A stretch of DNA of 57,815 bases from Ignavibacteriales bacterium (GCA_037446575.1 JBBIII010000003.1:1-57815), one strand, 5' to 3'; shown: positions 20,233 to 31,924, counted from the stretch's first letter. The notes: generated by a model not told the origin, from the letters alone. Translations and numbers: made by a program.

Positions 20233-20808
20233 ATGGATACATCCGAACTTCATAATATACCAAGAAATACAGGTTGGATTGAAGTTGTTTGCGGTTGTAT
20301 GTTTAGCGGAAAAACGGAAGAACTTATTAGAAGATTACGGCGCGCTCAAATTGCAAAACAAAAAGTCGCAATATTTAAACCAAAAATTGATAACCGATAT
20401 AGTCCCGAACATATTGTTTCGCATAGTGAACAATCGTTAGTATCGCATCCAGTCAACGATGCATCTGAAATTCTAAAATTATCACTTGACGCACAGGTTA
20501 TAGGAATTGATGAAGCTCAATTTTTTAAGGAAAATATAGTAGATGTTTGCAACCAACTTGCTGATCAAGGAAAAAGGGTAATTGTGGCTGGGTTGGATCA
20601 AGATTATCGAGGTAAACCTTTCACTCCAATGCCACAACTCCTTGCAATTGCTGAATATATAACCAAAACCTTAGCAATATGTGTAGTATGCGGGAACCCA
20701 GCCGATAGAACACAAAGAAAAAATGAACAACAAGAATTAGTCGTAGTAGGCGCGAAAGATTTATACGAAGCTCGTTGCAGAAAATGTCATCAGCCGCCTC
20801 AAGAATGA
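20233..20808 (+). CDS. tdk: Thymidine kinase
   Basis: 191 aa. P-loop [20 protein letters not shown] and C-terminal zinc cluster CVVCG...RCRKCH. Confidence 0.95.
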   Translation: MDTSELHNIPRNTGWIEVVCGCMFSGKTEELIRRLRRAQIAKQKVAIFKPKIDNRYSPEHIVSHSEQSLVSHPVNDASEILKLSLDAQVIGIDEAQFFKENIVDVCNQLADQGKRVIVAGLDQDYRGKPFTPMPQLLAIAEYITKTLAICVVCGNPADRTQRKNEQQELVVVGAKDLYEARCRKCHQPPQE

Positions 20809-21677
20809 TTAACAAAGCGCTTAATAAATTAAATGAAAGCATAAAGCAATTGATTAATGAAAAAGCTATTAAAGAGGCAATAAATTACATCCGCAGTAAA
20901 ACAAAATTCAAACCTCAAATTGCCTTGATTCTTGGTTCTGGTTTAGGTGATTTCGGCAACCACATTAATATAAAACAAATAATTAATTCCTCGGAAGTTC
21001 CACATTATCCGATTTCATCTGTTCAAGGACATGCTGGAAAATTAATTTTTGGGTATCTAAATCAGGATAACAAAAAGGAAAAACCCCTCCTTATCTTTCA
21101 AGGGCGTGTTCATTATTATGAAAGTGGTCTGATCGACAAAGTAACTTTTCCACTGCTTTTAGCAAAACAATTAGGTGTTACGAAGCTTATTGTTACAAAT
21201 GCAGCAGGCGGTATCAATGAAAACTTTGTGCCTGGCGATCTTATGTTAATTAAAGATATTTTAAGCCTAACTTTTGTGCCACTGCCATATAAAGAAATAA
21301 AAGTTGCAATAAATAAATTGAAATATTTCGATTTGCAGATGCAAAAAACTATTATTAAAAGCGCATTAAATTTAAGAATTCCAATTAAGGAGGGTGTCTA
21401 CGCGTGGTTAAAAGGTCCATCATATGAAACCCCGGCTGAAATTAATATGCTTAAACGAATTGGTGTTGATGCTGTAGGAATGTCCACCGTTCCTGAAATT
21501 TTTTTGGCAAAGGAATTACAAATTAAAACCGTAGCACTTTCACTTATCTCAAATTTAGCCGCAGGCATATCGCCCTCAAAACTTACTCATAAAGAAGTTA
21601 CAGACACCGCAAACAAAGTAAAAATTCAATTTTCTAAGTTAATAGAACATACTATATTAGAGATGAAAAAAGCATAA
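20805..21677 (+). CDS. punA: Purine nucleoside phosphorylase (trimeric PNP-I type)
   Basis: The ORF is open from 20775. The ATG at 20805 gives an ATGA overlap with the tdk stop and is preferred. Motifs GRVHYYE, NAAGGIN and GMSTVPE. Confidence 0.88.
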   Translation: MINKALNKLNESIKQLINEKAIKEAINYIRSKTKFKPQIALILGSGLGDFGNHINIKQIINSSEVPHYPISSVQGHAGKLIFGYLNQDNKKEKPLLIFQGRVHYYESGLIDKVTFPLLLAKQLGVTKLIVTNAAGGINENFVPGDLMLIKDILSLTFVPLPYKEIKVAINKLKYFDLQMQKTIIKSALNLRIPIKEGVYAWLKGPSYETPAEINMLKRIGVDAVGMSTVPEIFLAKELQIKTVALSLISNLAAGISPSKLTHKEVTDTANKVKIQFSKLIEHTILEMKKA

Positions 21678-21683
21678 ATTAAT

Positions 21684-23324
21684 ATGTGGATACCTTATAA
21701 CGAACTTGCATCTGAAGATACTGGTTTCTCAAGAATTTTTACCGATTACATTGATAATTATTCCAGAGTGCAAAATTTTTATTGCGGTAATTTTCGAGAT
21801 GATACTCTATGGCAAAATAAAATTGATGAAGTATTATCTCGTCATGTGCATCGCTCTACCCTCGTTCAGTTATTACTAAATCAAAATCGCGATTTTCATT
21901 GTGGTGTTAAAACCTTATCTAACATTGACTTGTTGTTAAATGATAATTCAGTTGCTATCATTACGGGTCAACAAGTCGGACTTTTTAGCGGTCCTTTATA
22001 TACATTATATAAAACATTAACTGTATTGAAATTAACAGAACAACTTACGGAAAAATATCCAGATTATAATTTCGTACCAATATTTTGGTTGGAAAGTGAA
22101 GACCATGATATCGAAGAAATTTCTTCTTTTTCATTAATAAATAATGCTAATCAATTAATAAAATTAAAATATCAATATGAGGCAGAAAAAGAGGACGCAA
22201 ACTATGGAGCCGTTGGTAATTTATATTTAAACAATTCTATCAAATTATTTTTTGATACGTTACGACAATCTTTAATTTCTACAGAATACTCACCTAATGT
22301 TATTGAATTGTTTGAAACTGCATATCAAAACGGCATGACTTTTAGTCGTGCATTCGTCCATTTATTCAATGTGCTTTTAGAAGATTCAGGATTGGTATTT
22401 TTTGATCCAAATAACCCTACAATTAAAAATCTTGTAAAGCCAATATTTGAAAATGAATTAAAAAATATTTCAAAAACCTGCCAATTAGTAATCGAGCAAA
22501 GTGATTCAATTGAGCATCAATACCATGCGCAAATAAAACCAAAGCCCATTAATCTATTTATGTTTATCAATAATGGTAGATATAATATCGAGCCAAGAAC
22601 TGATGGTTTTTCGTTGAAGGGAACACGGAAATATTTCACAAATACAGAAATGTTTGACCTATTAGATAAAAAGCCTGAAGCTTTCAGTCCGAATGTAGTT
22701 TTGCGCCCTATTTGTCAAGATTATATTTTCCCGACTTTATCATATGTTGCAGGTCCATCCGAAGTAGCATACTTTGCGCAGTTAAAACTTTTATATCAAC
22801 ATTTTAATATACCTGAGCCAATAATTTATCCACGCGCTAGTGTTACAATTGTGGAAGAGCGAATTCAAAAAACAATGGTTAAATTCAATTTAAAGGTAAG
22901 CGATTTTTATAAAGACGTCGAATTATTAAAAATCCGTGTTGCAGAATCTTTAACTGATTTTAAAGTTGAAGATTTGTTTGATAATTCATTTGGCACTATT
23001 TCTGAAACACTTACAAGCTTAAAAGGAGGACTTCAATCGATAGACAAAACATTGGGTCCTGCTTTAGAAAATACTCTCATAAAAATCCAAAATGCACTTA
23101 ATACGTTGAAAGAAAAAACAATAGCGGCGCAGAAGCGGCAACATGAAATTTCATTACGCCAATTAGATAAAGTAGCGCTTAGTTTGTTTCCTAATTCAAA
23201 TCTACAAGAGCGTGAAATGAATATAGTCTACTTTCTAAATAAATACGGCATGGAATTTTTACGATGGCTACGCGGCGAAATAATAATTGATAAATTTATG
23301 CATCAAGTTATTAATATCGAATAA
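21684..23324 (+). CDS. bshC: Bacillithiol biosynthesis cysteine-adding enzyme BshC
   Basis: 546 aa. Hallmark GQQVGLFSGPLYTLYK, with length and C-terminal coiled coil typical of BshC. Confidence 0.78.
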   Translation: MWIPYNELASEDTGFSRIFTDYIDNYSRVQNFYCGNFRDDTLWQNKIDEVLSRHVHRSTLVQLLLNQNRDFHCGVKTLSNIDLLLNDNSVAIITGQQVGLFSGPLYTLYKTLTVLKLTEQLTEKYPDYNFVPIFWLESEDHDIEEISSFSLINNANQLIKLKYQYEAEKEDANYGAVGNLYLNNSIKLFFDTLRQSLISTEYSPNVIELFETAYQNGMTFSRAFVHLFNVLLEDSGLVFFDPNNPTIKNLVKPIFENELKNISKTCQLVIEQSDSIEHQYHAQIKPKPINLFMFINNGRYNIEPRTDGFSLKGTRKYFTNTEMFDLLDKKPEAFSPNVVLRPICQDYIFPTLSYVAGPSEVAYFAQLKLLYQHFNIPEPIIYPRASVTIVEERIQKTMVKFNLKVSDFYKDVELLKIRVAESLTDFKVEDLFDNSFGTISETLTSLKGGLQSIDKTLGPALENTLIKIQNALNTLKEKTIAAQKRQHEISLRQLDKVALSLFPNSNLQEREMNIVYFLNKYGMEFLRWLRGEIIIDKFMHQVINIE

Positions 23325-23327
23325 TAC

Positions 23328-24608
23328 TTATCTCGAATTTGATAGCAGTTCTTTCCAATAATTTGGAAAAGAAATATCGACACACTCAGCATTAATTATT
23401 TCGATATTAGGGATCCGTAGACCCGCAACGCCAAATGCCATCGCAATTCTATGATCATTGAAACTATTGAGCGTGGCGCCTTTGTATGATTTATTTCCCT
23501 CGAATGAAAAACCATCTTCGTACTCTTCAATTTGAGTTCCAAGAGAACGTAAATTATTGACTATTGCTTTAATTCTATCTGTTTCTTTAGCGCGTAGTTC
23601 TTTCGCATTTCTTACGCATATAGTGCCATTAGTAAATAATCCTGTTACGGCAATAATTGGAATCTCATCAATTAATTCTACAACATCAGCGGCTGAAAGG
23701 TTAATATTTCCGTTTAATTCTGAATATTTTACCCTAATATCACCAATAGGTTCGCCTTCAACTACTTGCATGTTTTCGATTGAAATATTTCCGCCAATCG
23801 ATCTAAAAATATCTAATATTCGTGTCCTTGTCGGATTAAGTCCTACGTTTTTTATCACTATATCAGAACCCTTAACCAATAATCCAGCAGAAATAAGAAA
23901 AGCAGCGGCAGAAATATCGCCAGGAACAAAGATATTTTTTCCCTCTATCTTAATGTCTGAATTAACTGATACACTAAATAAATTGTTTTCTTTTTTTGTG
24001 TTGAGACCTAACATCCTTTCCGTATGATCTCTTGTTAAAAATGATTCGGAAATAATAGTGAGTCCATCTGTATAAATAGCTGCAAATATTAAAGCAGATT
24101 TAACTTGCGCGCTCGGAATAGGAAGTTTATAATTAATCGGGTTTAATTTATCAACTGATTTAATCTTTATAGGCGCCGTATGTGTATCGCTACCGCTTAT
24201 ATCGGCGCCCATCATTTGCAATGGTTCGATAATACGTTTCATCGGACGTTTCGATAATGATTCATCTCCGATTATTGTAGAAGAAAATTTTTGTCCGCAA
24301 AGTATTCCAGATAATAAACGCATTGTTGTGCCGGAATTTCCGGCATTAAGATTACTATTTGCTTTTTTCAAACCATGTCTGCCATTTCCGTGTAATCGTA
24401 GTGCATCTTTCTTTACTTCAACAATTACGCCAAGTTGTTTAATGCAAGAAAGCGTACTTAACGGATCTTCAGCTTTGGAATATTCTTTAATTTCAGAAAT
24501 TCCATCGGCAATGCTTGCTATCATTAATGCCCTGTGCGTTATTGATTTGTCGCCGGGAACTGTACGGTTTCCTGATAGTCCTTCAGAAATTGGTATAGAT
24601 AAATTCAT
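23328..24608 (-). CDS. aroA: 3-phosphoshikimate 1-carboxyvinyltransferase (EPSP synthase)
   Basis: 426 aa. PGDKSITHRAL, GNSGTTMRLL, KETDR and DHRIAMAF. Confidence 0.95.
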   Translation of the reverse strand: MNLSIPISEGLSGNRTVPGDKSITHRALMIASIADGISEIKEYSKAEDPLSTLSCIKQLGVIVEVKKDALRLHGNGRHGLKKANSNLNAGNSGTTMRLLSGILCGQKFSSTIIGDESLSKRPMKRIIEPLQMMGADISGSDTHTAPIKIKSVDKLNPINYKLPIPSAQVKSALIFAAIYTDGLTIISESFLTRDHTERMLGLNTKKENNLFSVSVNSDIKIEGKNIFVPGDISAAAFLISAGLLVKGSDIVIKNVGLNPTRTRILDIFRSIGGNISIENMQVVEGEPIGDIRVKYSELNGNINLSAADVVELIDEIPIIAVTGLFTNGTICVRNAKELRAKETDRIKAIVNNLRSLGTQIEEYEDGFSFEGNKSYKGATLNSFNDHRIAMAFGVAGLRIPNIEIINAECVDISFPNYWKELLSNSR

Positions 24609-24630
24609 GATTTAAAAAAGATTTATACGT

Positions 24631-26808
24631 TTAATGTCTCGAATGATGTCTTCTTTCAGATTTACCGCTCACATGTTCTTTTTTCTTACGCTCACGAGTT
24701 TTTTTCATCTCTTCATGAGCATTTTCGCCCCCCGGGAGTAACGCTTTTCGACTTAAGCTCATTTTTCCATCAGAATCAATGTGCATCAATTTTACTTCTA
24801 TAATATCTCCGACTTTTAAAACATTTTCAACTTTTTCTACTCTTTGAACATCAAGTTGAGATACATGGACAAGCCCTTCTTTTCCGGGAAGAATTTCAAC
24901 AAACGCTCCAAAGTCAGTAATTTTCTTTACAGTTGCTTTATAAACTTTATCAACCTCTGGTGCTTCGAGCAGACTTCGTATATAAAGCAATGCTTTTTCG
25001 GAGGATTCTTTTTCAACAGCCGCTACTGTAACAGTTCCGTCGTCTTCAATATTTATTTCTGCCCCTGTGTCTTTTACTAATTGACGTATATTTTTTCCGC
25101 CTGGTCCAATTAGCGATCCAATTATATCGACAGGAATTTTTACAGTCTCTAATCTTGGTGCATATTTGGATATTTCTAATCGTGCTTCGGGCAGGCATTT
25201 AGACATAGTCTCTAATATATGAAATCTGCCTGTTTTTGCTTGGTCTAATGCTTGTTCAAAAATGTCGAATGAAATTCCTTTTATTTTAATATCCATTTGA
25301 AAAGCTGTTATTCCGTTTGTTGTTCCTGCAACTTTAAAATCCATATCACCGAGATGGTCTTCATTGCCTAATATATCACTTAATATTGCAACTTGATCAT
25401 TTTCTTTTACTAAGCCCATGGCTATTCCAGCAACAGGTCGTTTTAGCGGAACTCCGGCATCGAACAGCGCAAGAGTTCCAGCGCACACTGTTGCCATTGA
25501 TGACGAACCGTTTGATTCAAGAATATCTGATACAATTCTGATTGTATAAGGGAATTCCTTTTCTGATGGAAGCAATCGTTTTAGCGATCGTTCTGCAAGA
25601 TTTCCATGACCAATTTCGCGCCTACCTGTTGAACCAAGTTTGCCTACTTCTCCGACACTAAATGGTGGAAAATTATAATGAAGCATAAAGCGCTTTGTTG
25701 TTTCCGGAAGAAGACCTTCTAACCTCTGTTCGTCCATTTTTGTTCCGAGCGTTGCAGTGGTTAAACTTTGTGTCTCTCCTCGTGTAAATAACGAAGAACC
25801 GTGAGTTCGTGGTAACAAACCAACCTCGCAAATAATTGGACGTATTTCTTTCAATCCTCTCCCATCAAGTCGTTTGTTTTCTTTAAGGATCGTAGAACGC
25901 ATAGCATTTCTTTCCATCTCATAAAGTATTTGATTAATCATGCCGCCTGATTCAGGATATTTTTCTGCTAAAGCTGTGGTCACTTCTTCATATACTTTTT
26001 TTGTAGATTCAGACCTCTCATCTTTTAACAAAACGGTTCTACTTAAATTATTAATTTTTTCTTCTGCTAACGCTTTAATTTCAGCTTCTAACCCATCAGG
26101 AATATTTAATTTTTCTATCTTTCGTTTCGGTTTGTTTATTTCGTTTGCTAATTCAATTTGAATTGCACATATATCTTTTATTGCATCATGTCCAACGCGC
26201 AATGCGTCCAACAAGTCGCTTTCACTGACTTCGGCAGATTCGCCTTCAACCATAACAATAGAATCAGTTGTTCCGCCAATTGTAATATCGATATCACTTA
26301 ATTCAAGCTCTTTATAGGTAGGATTTATAATAAATTTTCCATTTACTCTGCCAACCCTTACTTCACCTATTGGTCCATCGAAAGGAATATCAGAAACCAT
26401 CAAAGCCGCCGAAGCGGCGCATGCTCCGAGCACATCCCCGTCATGTTCCATGTCGGAAGAATACACTGTAACCATTATTTGTGTTTCGTTTTTATATTCT
26501 TTTGGAAACATTGGACGAATCGGACGATCAATTAAACGCGATGATAATATTTCTTTTTCAGATGGCCTACCTTCCCGCTTTATAAAACCGCCAGGAATTT
26601 TCCCGGCAGCGGCAGTTTTTTCTCTGTACTCTACCTGAAGCGGAAAAAAGTCCGAATCTTCCTTTTTTTCATATTCACTTACTACAGTAGCAAGAACCAT
26701 TGTATCAGCGTAACGAACCATTACAGCTCCATGCGCTTGTTTTGCTAACCAACCGGTTTCAATCGTAAAATTCTTGCCGTTTAATTGAGTTTCTTTAAAT
26801 ATCCTCAT
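24631..26808 (-). CDS. pnp: Polyribonucleotide nucleotidyltransferase (PNPase)
   Basis: 725 aa. Two RNase PH domains, KH (GPGGKNIR) and S1 (GAFVEILPGKEGLVHVSQL), plus a basic C-terminal tail. Confidence 0.95.
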   Translation of the reverse strand: MRIFKETQLNGKNFTIETGWLAKQAHGAVMVRYADTMVLATVVSEYEKKEDSDFFPLQVEYREKTAAAGKIPGGFIKREGRPSEKEILSSRLIDRPIRPMFPKEYKNETQIMVTVYSSDMEHDGDVLGACAASAALMVSDIPFDGPIGEVRVGRVNGKFIINPTYKELELSDIDITIGGTTDSIVMVEGESAEVSESDLLDALRVGHDAIKDICAIQIELANEINKPKRKIEKLNIPDGLEAEIKALAEEKINNLSRTVLLKDERSESTKKVYEEVTTALAEKYPESGGMINQILYEMERNAMRSTILKENKRLDGRGLKEIRPIICEVGLLPRTHGSSLFTRGETQSLTTATLGTKMDEQRLEGLLPETTKRFMLHYNFPPFSVGEVGKLGSTGRREIGHGNLAERSLKRLLPSEKEFPYTIRIVSDILESNGSSSMATVCAGTLALFDAGVPLKRPVAGIAMGLVKENDQVAILSDILGNEDHLGDMDFKVAGTTNGITAFQMDIKIKGISFDIFEQALDQAKTGRFHILETMSKCLPEARLEISKYAPRLETVKIPVDIIGSLIGPGGKNIRQLVKDTGAEINIEDDGTVTVAAVEKESSEKALLYIRSLLEAPEVDKVYKATVKKITDFGAFVEILPGKEGLVHVSQLDVQRVEKVENVLKVGDIIEVKLMHIDSDGKMSLSRKALLPGGENAHEEMKKTRERKKKEHVSGKSERRHHSRH

Positions 26809-26850
26809 ATGTGCCTTCTTCTTTCCTTTAAAGCATTCTTTGTAAAGTGC

Positions 26851-27120
26851 TTATTTTCTTATATCAAGTTCTTGAATTATTTTTCGATATCGATTTATAT
26901 CTTTTTTGATCAAATAATCAAGTAGTCTTCTTCTTTTACCTACTAATTTTAGTAGCCCCTGCCGTGTGTGATTATCTTTTCGATACGATTCTAAATGCGG
27001 CGTAAGACTATTGATAGTCGCCGTTATTATTGCTATTTGGACTTCAGGCGTTCCTGTGTCATTTTGGTTCTTGCCGTATTTTGCAATTATTTCCTTTTTT
27101 TGTTCCGATGTAATTGGCAT
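26851..27120 (-). CDS. rpsO: 30S ribosomal protein S15
   Basis: 89 aa. [11 protein letters not shown]...[20 protein letters not shown]. Confidence 0.95.
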   Translation of the reverse strand: MPITSEQKKEIIAKYGKNQNDTGTPEVQIAIITATINSLTPHLESYRKDNHTRQGLLKLVGKRRRLLDYLIKKDINRYRKIIQELDIRK

Positions 27121-27158
27121 TGTTTCTCCTTGCTAATAATTATTGTTTATATAACATC

Positions 27159-28097
27159 TTATTCTTCATATTTATATTGCAATGTTTTGCTAATATTCCG
27201 ATCGATATTCATTTGTTCTATTAATTTTTCTTTTGAATCAAATCTTATTTCATCTCTTAGACGTTTTAAAAACTCAATCTTTATTTCTTCGCCGTATATT
27301 TCTTTATTGAAATCTAAAATATTTACTTCGATAGTTATATCTTTACTTTGTTCGAATGTAGGTCTTGTGCCAATGCTTGTCATTCCAAAATATTTATTCT
27401 TGTTTAATATTGCTTTCGAAAAATATATTCCATTCATTGGAATTAGTTTTTTTGAAAAACTTAAGTCTATATTAGCAGTCGGATAGCCGAGCGTGCGTCC
27501 TCTACGGTTTCCTTCAATTACTTTTCCCTGAATTGAATATGGTCTTCCAAGTAATTCTGTAGCTTTTTCTACATTGCCATTTTGCAAATAACTTCTGATC
27601 ACAGAACTACTAACTGGAATATCATTATAAACGTATTTATCAATCTTTATAACTTCAAAGTTATACTCTTTACCAAGTTTTTCTAGTGATTCTATATTTC
27701 CTTCTCTATTTCTACCCCAATGGTAATCATATCCTTCGACCACAACTTTTGCGCCGATTTTATTTATTAAATATTCTATACAAAAATCTCGATAATTCAA
27801 TTGTGAAAAATATTTATCAAATTCTATAACTACGAGTAAATCAATTTCTAATTCATTATATAAGCATTTGCGTTCATCTAAAGTTGTAAGTAAGCTTAGA
27901 TTGTTTTTTTCAGCCGATATTATTTCACGCGGATGAGGATCGAATGTTACTACTACGCTTCTACCATTTATTCTTTTCGATTCTGTAACTACTCTATTTA
28001 AAATGGATTGATGAGCAAGATGAACCCCGTCGAACATTCCTACTGTAATTGCTGATTGTTCCGGAAAAGTAATTTCTGTAATTTTGCTTACTTCCAT
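27159..28097 (-). CDS. ribF: Bifunctional riboflavin kinase / FAD synthetase
   Basis: 312 aa. GMFDGVHLAHQ, TFDPHP and GYPTANI. Confidence 0.95.
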   Translation of the reverse strand: MEVSKITEITFPEQSAITVGMFDGVHLAHQSILNRVVTESKRINGRSVVVTFDPHPREIISAEKNNLSLLTTLDERKCLYNELEIDLLVVIEFDKYFSQLNYRDFCIEYLINKIGAKVVVEGYDYHWGRNREGNIESLEKLGKEYNFEVIKIDKYVYNDIPVSSSVIRSYLQNGNVEKATELLGRPYSIQGKVIEGNRRGRTLGYPTANIDLSFSKKLIPMNGIYFSKAILNKNKYFGMTSIGTRPTFEQSKDITIEVNILDFNKEIYGEEIKIEFLKRLRDEIRFDSKEKLIEQMNIDRNISKTLQYKYEE

Positions 28098-28100
28098 TTT

Positions 28101-28793
28101 CTAAGATGCCTTATTTAACTCTATTAGTTGCTTAATTGTAAGCGATTGGTCTAAATTATAATCACCAATTCTTACCCGTCTTAATGAAATAAGCGTAGCA
28201 CAACATCCCAATTTAAGCCCGTATTCATCTATTAATGCACGAATATAAGTGCCTTTTGAACATATCACTCTAAAATCTATATATGGTTTTCTAAAATATT
28301 CTATTTCGAATTTTTTAATTTCAATTTCACGTTTAGTTCTATCTACTTCCTTTTCTTCTCTTGCATATCGATAAAGAGGCGTTCCACAATATTTCAATGC
28401 AGAGTACATAGGCGGAGTTTGAAGCTGTTTCCCGATAAATAATTTTGCAGTATTTACAGCTAATTCTTCATCAACATTTGAAAAATCTTTTTTTTCAATT
28501 ACATCCGTTTCTGTATCGAAACTTGGCGTTCTAATGCCAATTTGCATTGTTCCAATATATTCTTTTTCCAGTCCCACATATTGGTTTATCTGTTTTGTTT
28601 TATTTCCTGTGCAAATTATTAATAAACCTGTAGCTTTTGGATCAAGCGTTCCGGCATGTCCCACTTTCTTTATTGAATATAATGTTCTGATTTTTTTTAC
28701 AACGTCAAATGATGTCCAATCAAGAGGTTTATCAATTAAAATAATTTTATCCCGTTTGTTTGAATCGATATTTAAAGTTTTATTGTGAATCAT
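28101..28793 (-). CDS. truB: tRNA pseudouridine(55) synthase
   Basis: 230 aa. DKPLDWTSFDVV and GHAGTLDPKATGLL (catalytic Asp). Confidence 0.95.
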   Translation of the reverse strand: MIHNKTLNIDSNKRDKIILIDKPLDWTSFDVVKKIRTLYSIKKVGHAGTLDPKATGLLIICTGNKTKQINQYVGLEKEYIGTMQIGIRTPSFDTETDVIEKKDFSNVDEELAVNTAKLFIGKQLQTPPMYSALKYCGTPLYRYAREEKEVDRTKREIEIKKFEIEYFRKPYIDFRVICSKGTYIRALIDEYGLKLGCCATLISLRRVRIGDYNLDQSLTIKQLIELNKAS

Positions 28794-28796
28794 ATA

Positions 28797-29174
28797 TTAT
28801 TCGATTTCTTTATCGTCGAAATTAGCTTTTTGCTTGTGAATTTCATTAAATATATTTTCTATTTTCATTACTCTATCTAAGGTTTCATCCAAAAAGAATT
28901 CAATTTCTGGCGTATAACGTAATCGAACACTGCGTCCTATCATACCGCGTATTATAGGTATTTGGCTTTCAAGTTTAGCAAGAACACGTTGCTTTTTCTC
29001 TTCCTCGCCGTAAATGCTTACATATACTTTTGCAATTTTTAAATCTGCGCTCATTACTACATCTGTAACAGTAATTATCCCATATTCTGAAATGCTAAAA
29101 TTGCGTTGGAAGTAAATACCTATTTCTTCTCGTAATAGAGAACCAACTCTTTCAGGTCTAATCGATTTATTCAT
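28797..29174 (-). CDS. rbfA: Ribosome-binding factor A
   Basis: 125 aa. VTDVVMSADLKIAKVYVS and LRYTPEIEF, in the conserved position after infB (8-nt overlap). Confidence 0.9.
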   Translation of the reverse strand: MNKSIRPERVGSLLREEIGIYFQRNFSISEYGIITVTDVVMSADLKIAKVYVSIYGEEEKKQRVLAKLESQIPIIRGMIGRSVRLRYTPEIEFFLDETLDRVMKIENIFNEIHKQKANFDDKEIE

Positions 29175-31875
29175 TTTTTGTTTCTAATTTACGTTTCACT
29201 TCAACTGATTTATAAGCTTCAATTATGTCGCCAACTTTAATATCATTGAAGTTTTCAATGCTTATGCCGCATTCGTAATTTTGTTCTACTTCTTTAACGT
29301 CATCTTTAAATCTCTTTAAAGATGAAAGTGTGCCATCATAGATTTCTATGCCATTGCGAATAATTCTTACTTTATTATTTCGAGAAATTTTTCCGTCTCT
29401 AACATAACAGCCGGCTATTGTTCCAACTTTTGAGACCTTGAATATTTCGCGGACATCAATTGTAGCGTTAACTTCCTCTGTAATTGTAGGAGCCAACATT
29501 CCTTCAAGCGCATTTCGGACATCGTTGATAGCATCGTAAATAATGTTATAAATTCTTATATCGACATCTTCTTGCTGAGATAATTGACGCGCCTTCAAAT
29601 TTGGACGCACATGAAAACCGATAATCACTGCTTGAGAAGCCATAGCAAGCAACACATCTGATTCCGATATACCGCCTACGCCTTTATAAATGACCTGTAC
29701 CTTTACTTCTTTTGTTGAAAGTCGCATTAAAGAATCTGATAATGCTTCTGCTGAACCATCAACATCCGCTTTTACAATTATCGGCAGATTACTTACGTGT
29801 CCAACTTTTATTTGTTGTGAGATGTCATCCAACGTCATTCTTCTACTTTGCCTAAAATCTTGCTCGCGTTTAAGTTGAAGTCGTTTAAAGCTAATATCGC
29901 GCGCCTTTCTTTCATCTCTAATTACAATTAGTTCATCGCCAGCTTGTGGTATACCATCGTATCCAATTACCTGAACAGGTTGAGACGGTTTGGCGGCTTC
30001 AATTCGCTGGCCTCGTTCATCGAACATTGCCCGTACTCTGCCGCTCCAGACACCACATACAAACGAATCGCCAATACGTAGCGTTCCTTTTTGCACTAAT
30101 ACAGTTGCCACGATTCCTTTTCCCTTATCAAGCTCCGCTTCAACGATTGTTCCTCTTGCTTCCCTATTCGGATTTGCTCGAAGATTCAATAATTCAGCTT
30201 CCAATAAAATCTTTTCTAACAACAATTCAATGTTTATACCTTTTTTTGCTGAGATTTCGACAAACTGATGCTTTCCGCCATATTCTTCGACTAATAATCC
30301 TTTTTCAGCTAATTGTTGCTTTATTTTTTCTGAATTTGCTTCTGGTTTATCTATTTTATTAATTGCCACTATAATTTGTACATTAGCCGCTTGTGCATGA
30401 CTAATCGCCTCTATTGTTTGCGGCATGACGCTGTCATCTGCAGCTACTACTAAGACTACAATGTCAGTCATTTGTGCGCCACGTGCACGCATAGCTGTAA
30501 ATGCTTCATGACCAGGTGTATCGAGAAAAGTAATCTGCTTTTCGTTAGGAAGAGTTACTTCATAAGCTCCGATATGTTGCGTTATTCCGCCAGATTCACC
30601 GGCAACCACATTTGCATTTCTTATGTAATCAAGAAGTGAAGTCTTACCATGATCAACATGCCCCATAATCGTAACCACAGGCGGACGAGACTGAAGCGTT
30701 TCTTCGGCATCTTCGGAATCTGCTAATTCATCTGAAGTAAATTCTTCTTCAAAAAATACTTGAAAACCGAATTCATCGGCAACGAGAGTTATTGTATCTT
30801 TATCTAAACGTTGATTTATCGAAACCATAACGCCAAGAGCCATTATTTTTTGAATTACCTCAGCCACAGATACACGCATCATATTCGCAAGCTCGCCTAC
30901 TGTTACGTATTCTGTAACTTTTAATTGTGTTTTTGTTTGTTCTAATTCTTCTAATTTTTTTTGTTCTTCTTCCTCTCGTTTTTCTTTTTTCTTTCTTTTT
31001 ATCGCCGCTCTTGCTAAAGCTGATTCATCGCCAGTGTCTGCTAATGTTTCGCGTATGGCGCGTTCTACCTCATCTTCATTAACTTCCGCCCTTCGGATTC
31101 TTTTTCTTTTTCTTGTCTTTAATTCTTGTTCATCTTCTTCAACTTTCGATGGAATAACTTTTGCTTTTTTACCCTCTTCGCGAATTTTCTTTTTCTTTTT
31201 CTTCTTTCTCTCTTCAACTTCTATCTTAGGTGTTGCTTTCGCGCCAGATAAATCTATTTTTCCTTTTATAGTTAAACCTTTTTGTGGACGCGTCGCTGCT
31301 ATTTCTAACGGCGTAGGTTTATCTTTCTTTGCTCTTTTTATTTGTTTCCCTGTTATCTTAACTTCTTCTACATTAGGTTCAGATTCTTTTTCTGAAACTT
31401 GCGAACTTACTTCTTTTGCTTTTTCCTTTTTTTCTTCAATTAACTCTTCTATTTGGGATGAAGGCAACTCAATAATTTCATCTTTCGGCTTCTGAATAAC
31501 TTCCTGCGGTTGAGGTATTATTACTGTAGATATCGGCTCTTCCGGAACAACTTGTTCCTCTTTTATTGGTATATGTACTTCTTCCTTTTGAGCAACTTTC
31601 TTCTCTTTCTTATCTACTTTCTCGACTTTTTCTACCGGTTCTTTCTTTCGAGATGTTCTTAGTTCTTGTAGTTTTCTTTGATGTCGTTCTGCCACCTCTT
31701 TATCTTTTTTAAAATGTCCCATTATTACTGGCATCATTTCGTCGGTAATAACAGACATGTGAGATTTAACCTCGAATCCTTTCTTTCGAAGGAATTCGAT
31801 TATTGTCTCACTAGATAAATTTAATTCTTTTGCCAGATTAAATATTTTTACTTTCTTCGTACCTTGTTCAGGCAT
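29167..31875 (-). CDS. infB: Translation initiation factor IF-2
   Basis: 902 aa. K/E-rich N-terminal region and G domain [24 protein letters not shown]. Confidence 0.95.
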   Translation of the reverse strand: MPEQGTKKVKIFNLAKELNLSSETIIEFLRKKGFEVKSHMSVITDEMMPVIMGHFKKDKEVAERHQRKLQELRTSRKKEPVEKVEKVDKKEKKVAQKEEVHIPIKEEQVVPEEPISTVIIPQPQEVIQKPKDEIIELPSSQIEELIEEKKEKAKEVSSQVSEKESEPNVEEVKITGKQIKRAKKDKPTPLEIAATRPQKGLTIKGKIDLSGAKATPKIEVEERKKKKKKKIREEGKKAKVIPSKVEEDEQELKTRKRKRIRRAEVNEDEVERAIRETLADTGDESALARAAIKRKKKEKREEEEQKKLEELEQTKTQLKVTEYVTVGELANMMRVSVAEVIQKIMALGVMVSINQRLDKDTITLVADEFGFQVFFEEEFTSDELADSEDAEETLQSRPPVVTIMGHVDHGKTSLLDYIRNANVVAGESGGITQHIGAYEVTLPNEKQITFLDTPGHEAFTAMRARGAQMTDIVVLVVAADDSVMPQTIEAISHAQAANVQIIVAINKIDKPEANSEKIKQQLAEKGLLVEEYGGKHQFVEISAKKGINIELLLEKILLEAELLNLRANPNREARGTIVEAELDKGKGIVATVLVQKGTLRIGDSFVCGVWSGRVRAMFDERGQRIEAAKPSQPVQVIGYDGIPQAGDELIVIRDERKARDISFKRLQLKREQDFRQSRRMTLDDISQQIKVGHVSNLPIIVKADVDGSAEALSDSLMRLSTKEVKVQVIYKGVGGISESDVLLAMASQAVIIGFHVRPNLKARQLSQQEDVDIRIYNIIYDAINDVRNALEGMLAPTITEEVNATIDVREIFKVSKVGTIAGCYVRDGKISRNNKVRIIRNGIEIYDGTLSSLKRFKDDVKEVEQNYECGISIENFNDIKVGDIIEAYKSVEVKRKLETKNE

Positions 31876-31924
31876 ATTGATGCTTCCTTTTTCAGGATAC
31901 TAAATTTTTTTCAACTATAATTTT

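Noticed and set aside
20775-20804. 10-codon N-terminal extension of the purine nucleoside phosphorylase ORF
   Set aside because: It would overlap tdk by 34 nt. The ATG at 20805 forms a typical ATGA stop/start overlap. Either start remains possible.
29946-31495. Antisense ORFs inside infB (138, 92 and 153 aa), with similar shadows in aroA (23557..24027), apt (16510..16935), rpsO/ribF (26995..27486), dnaE, glgB (55355..55699, 56043..56363), mutS2 and purL
   Set aside because: They are shadow frames of strongly conserved genes. Their translations are S/F/L-rich and low-complexity with no recognisable motifs.
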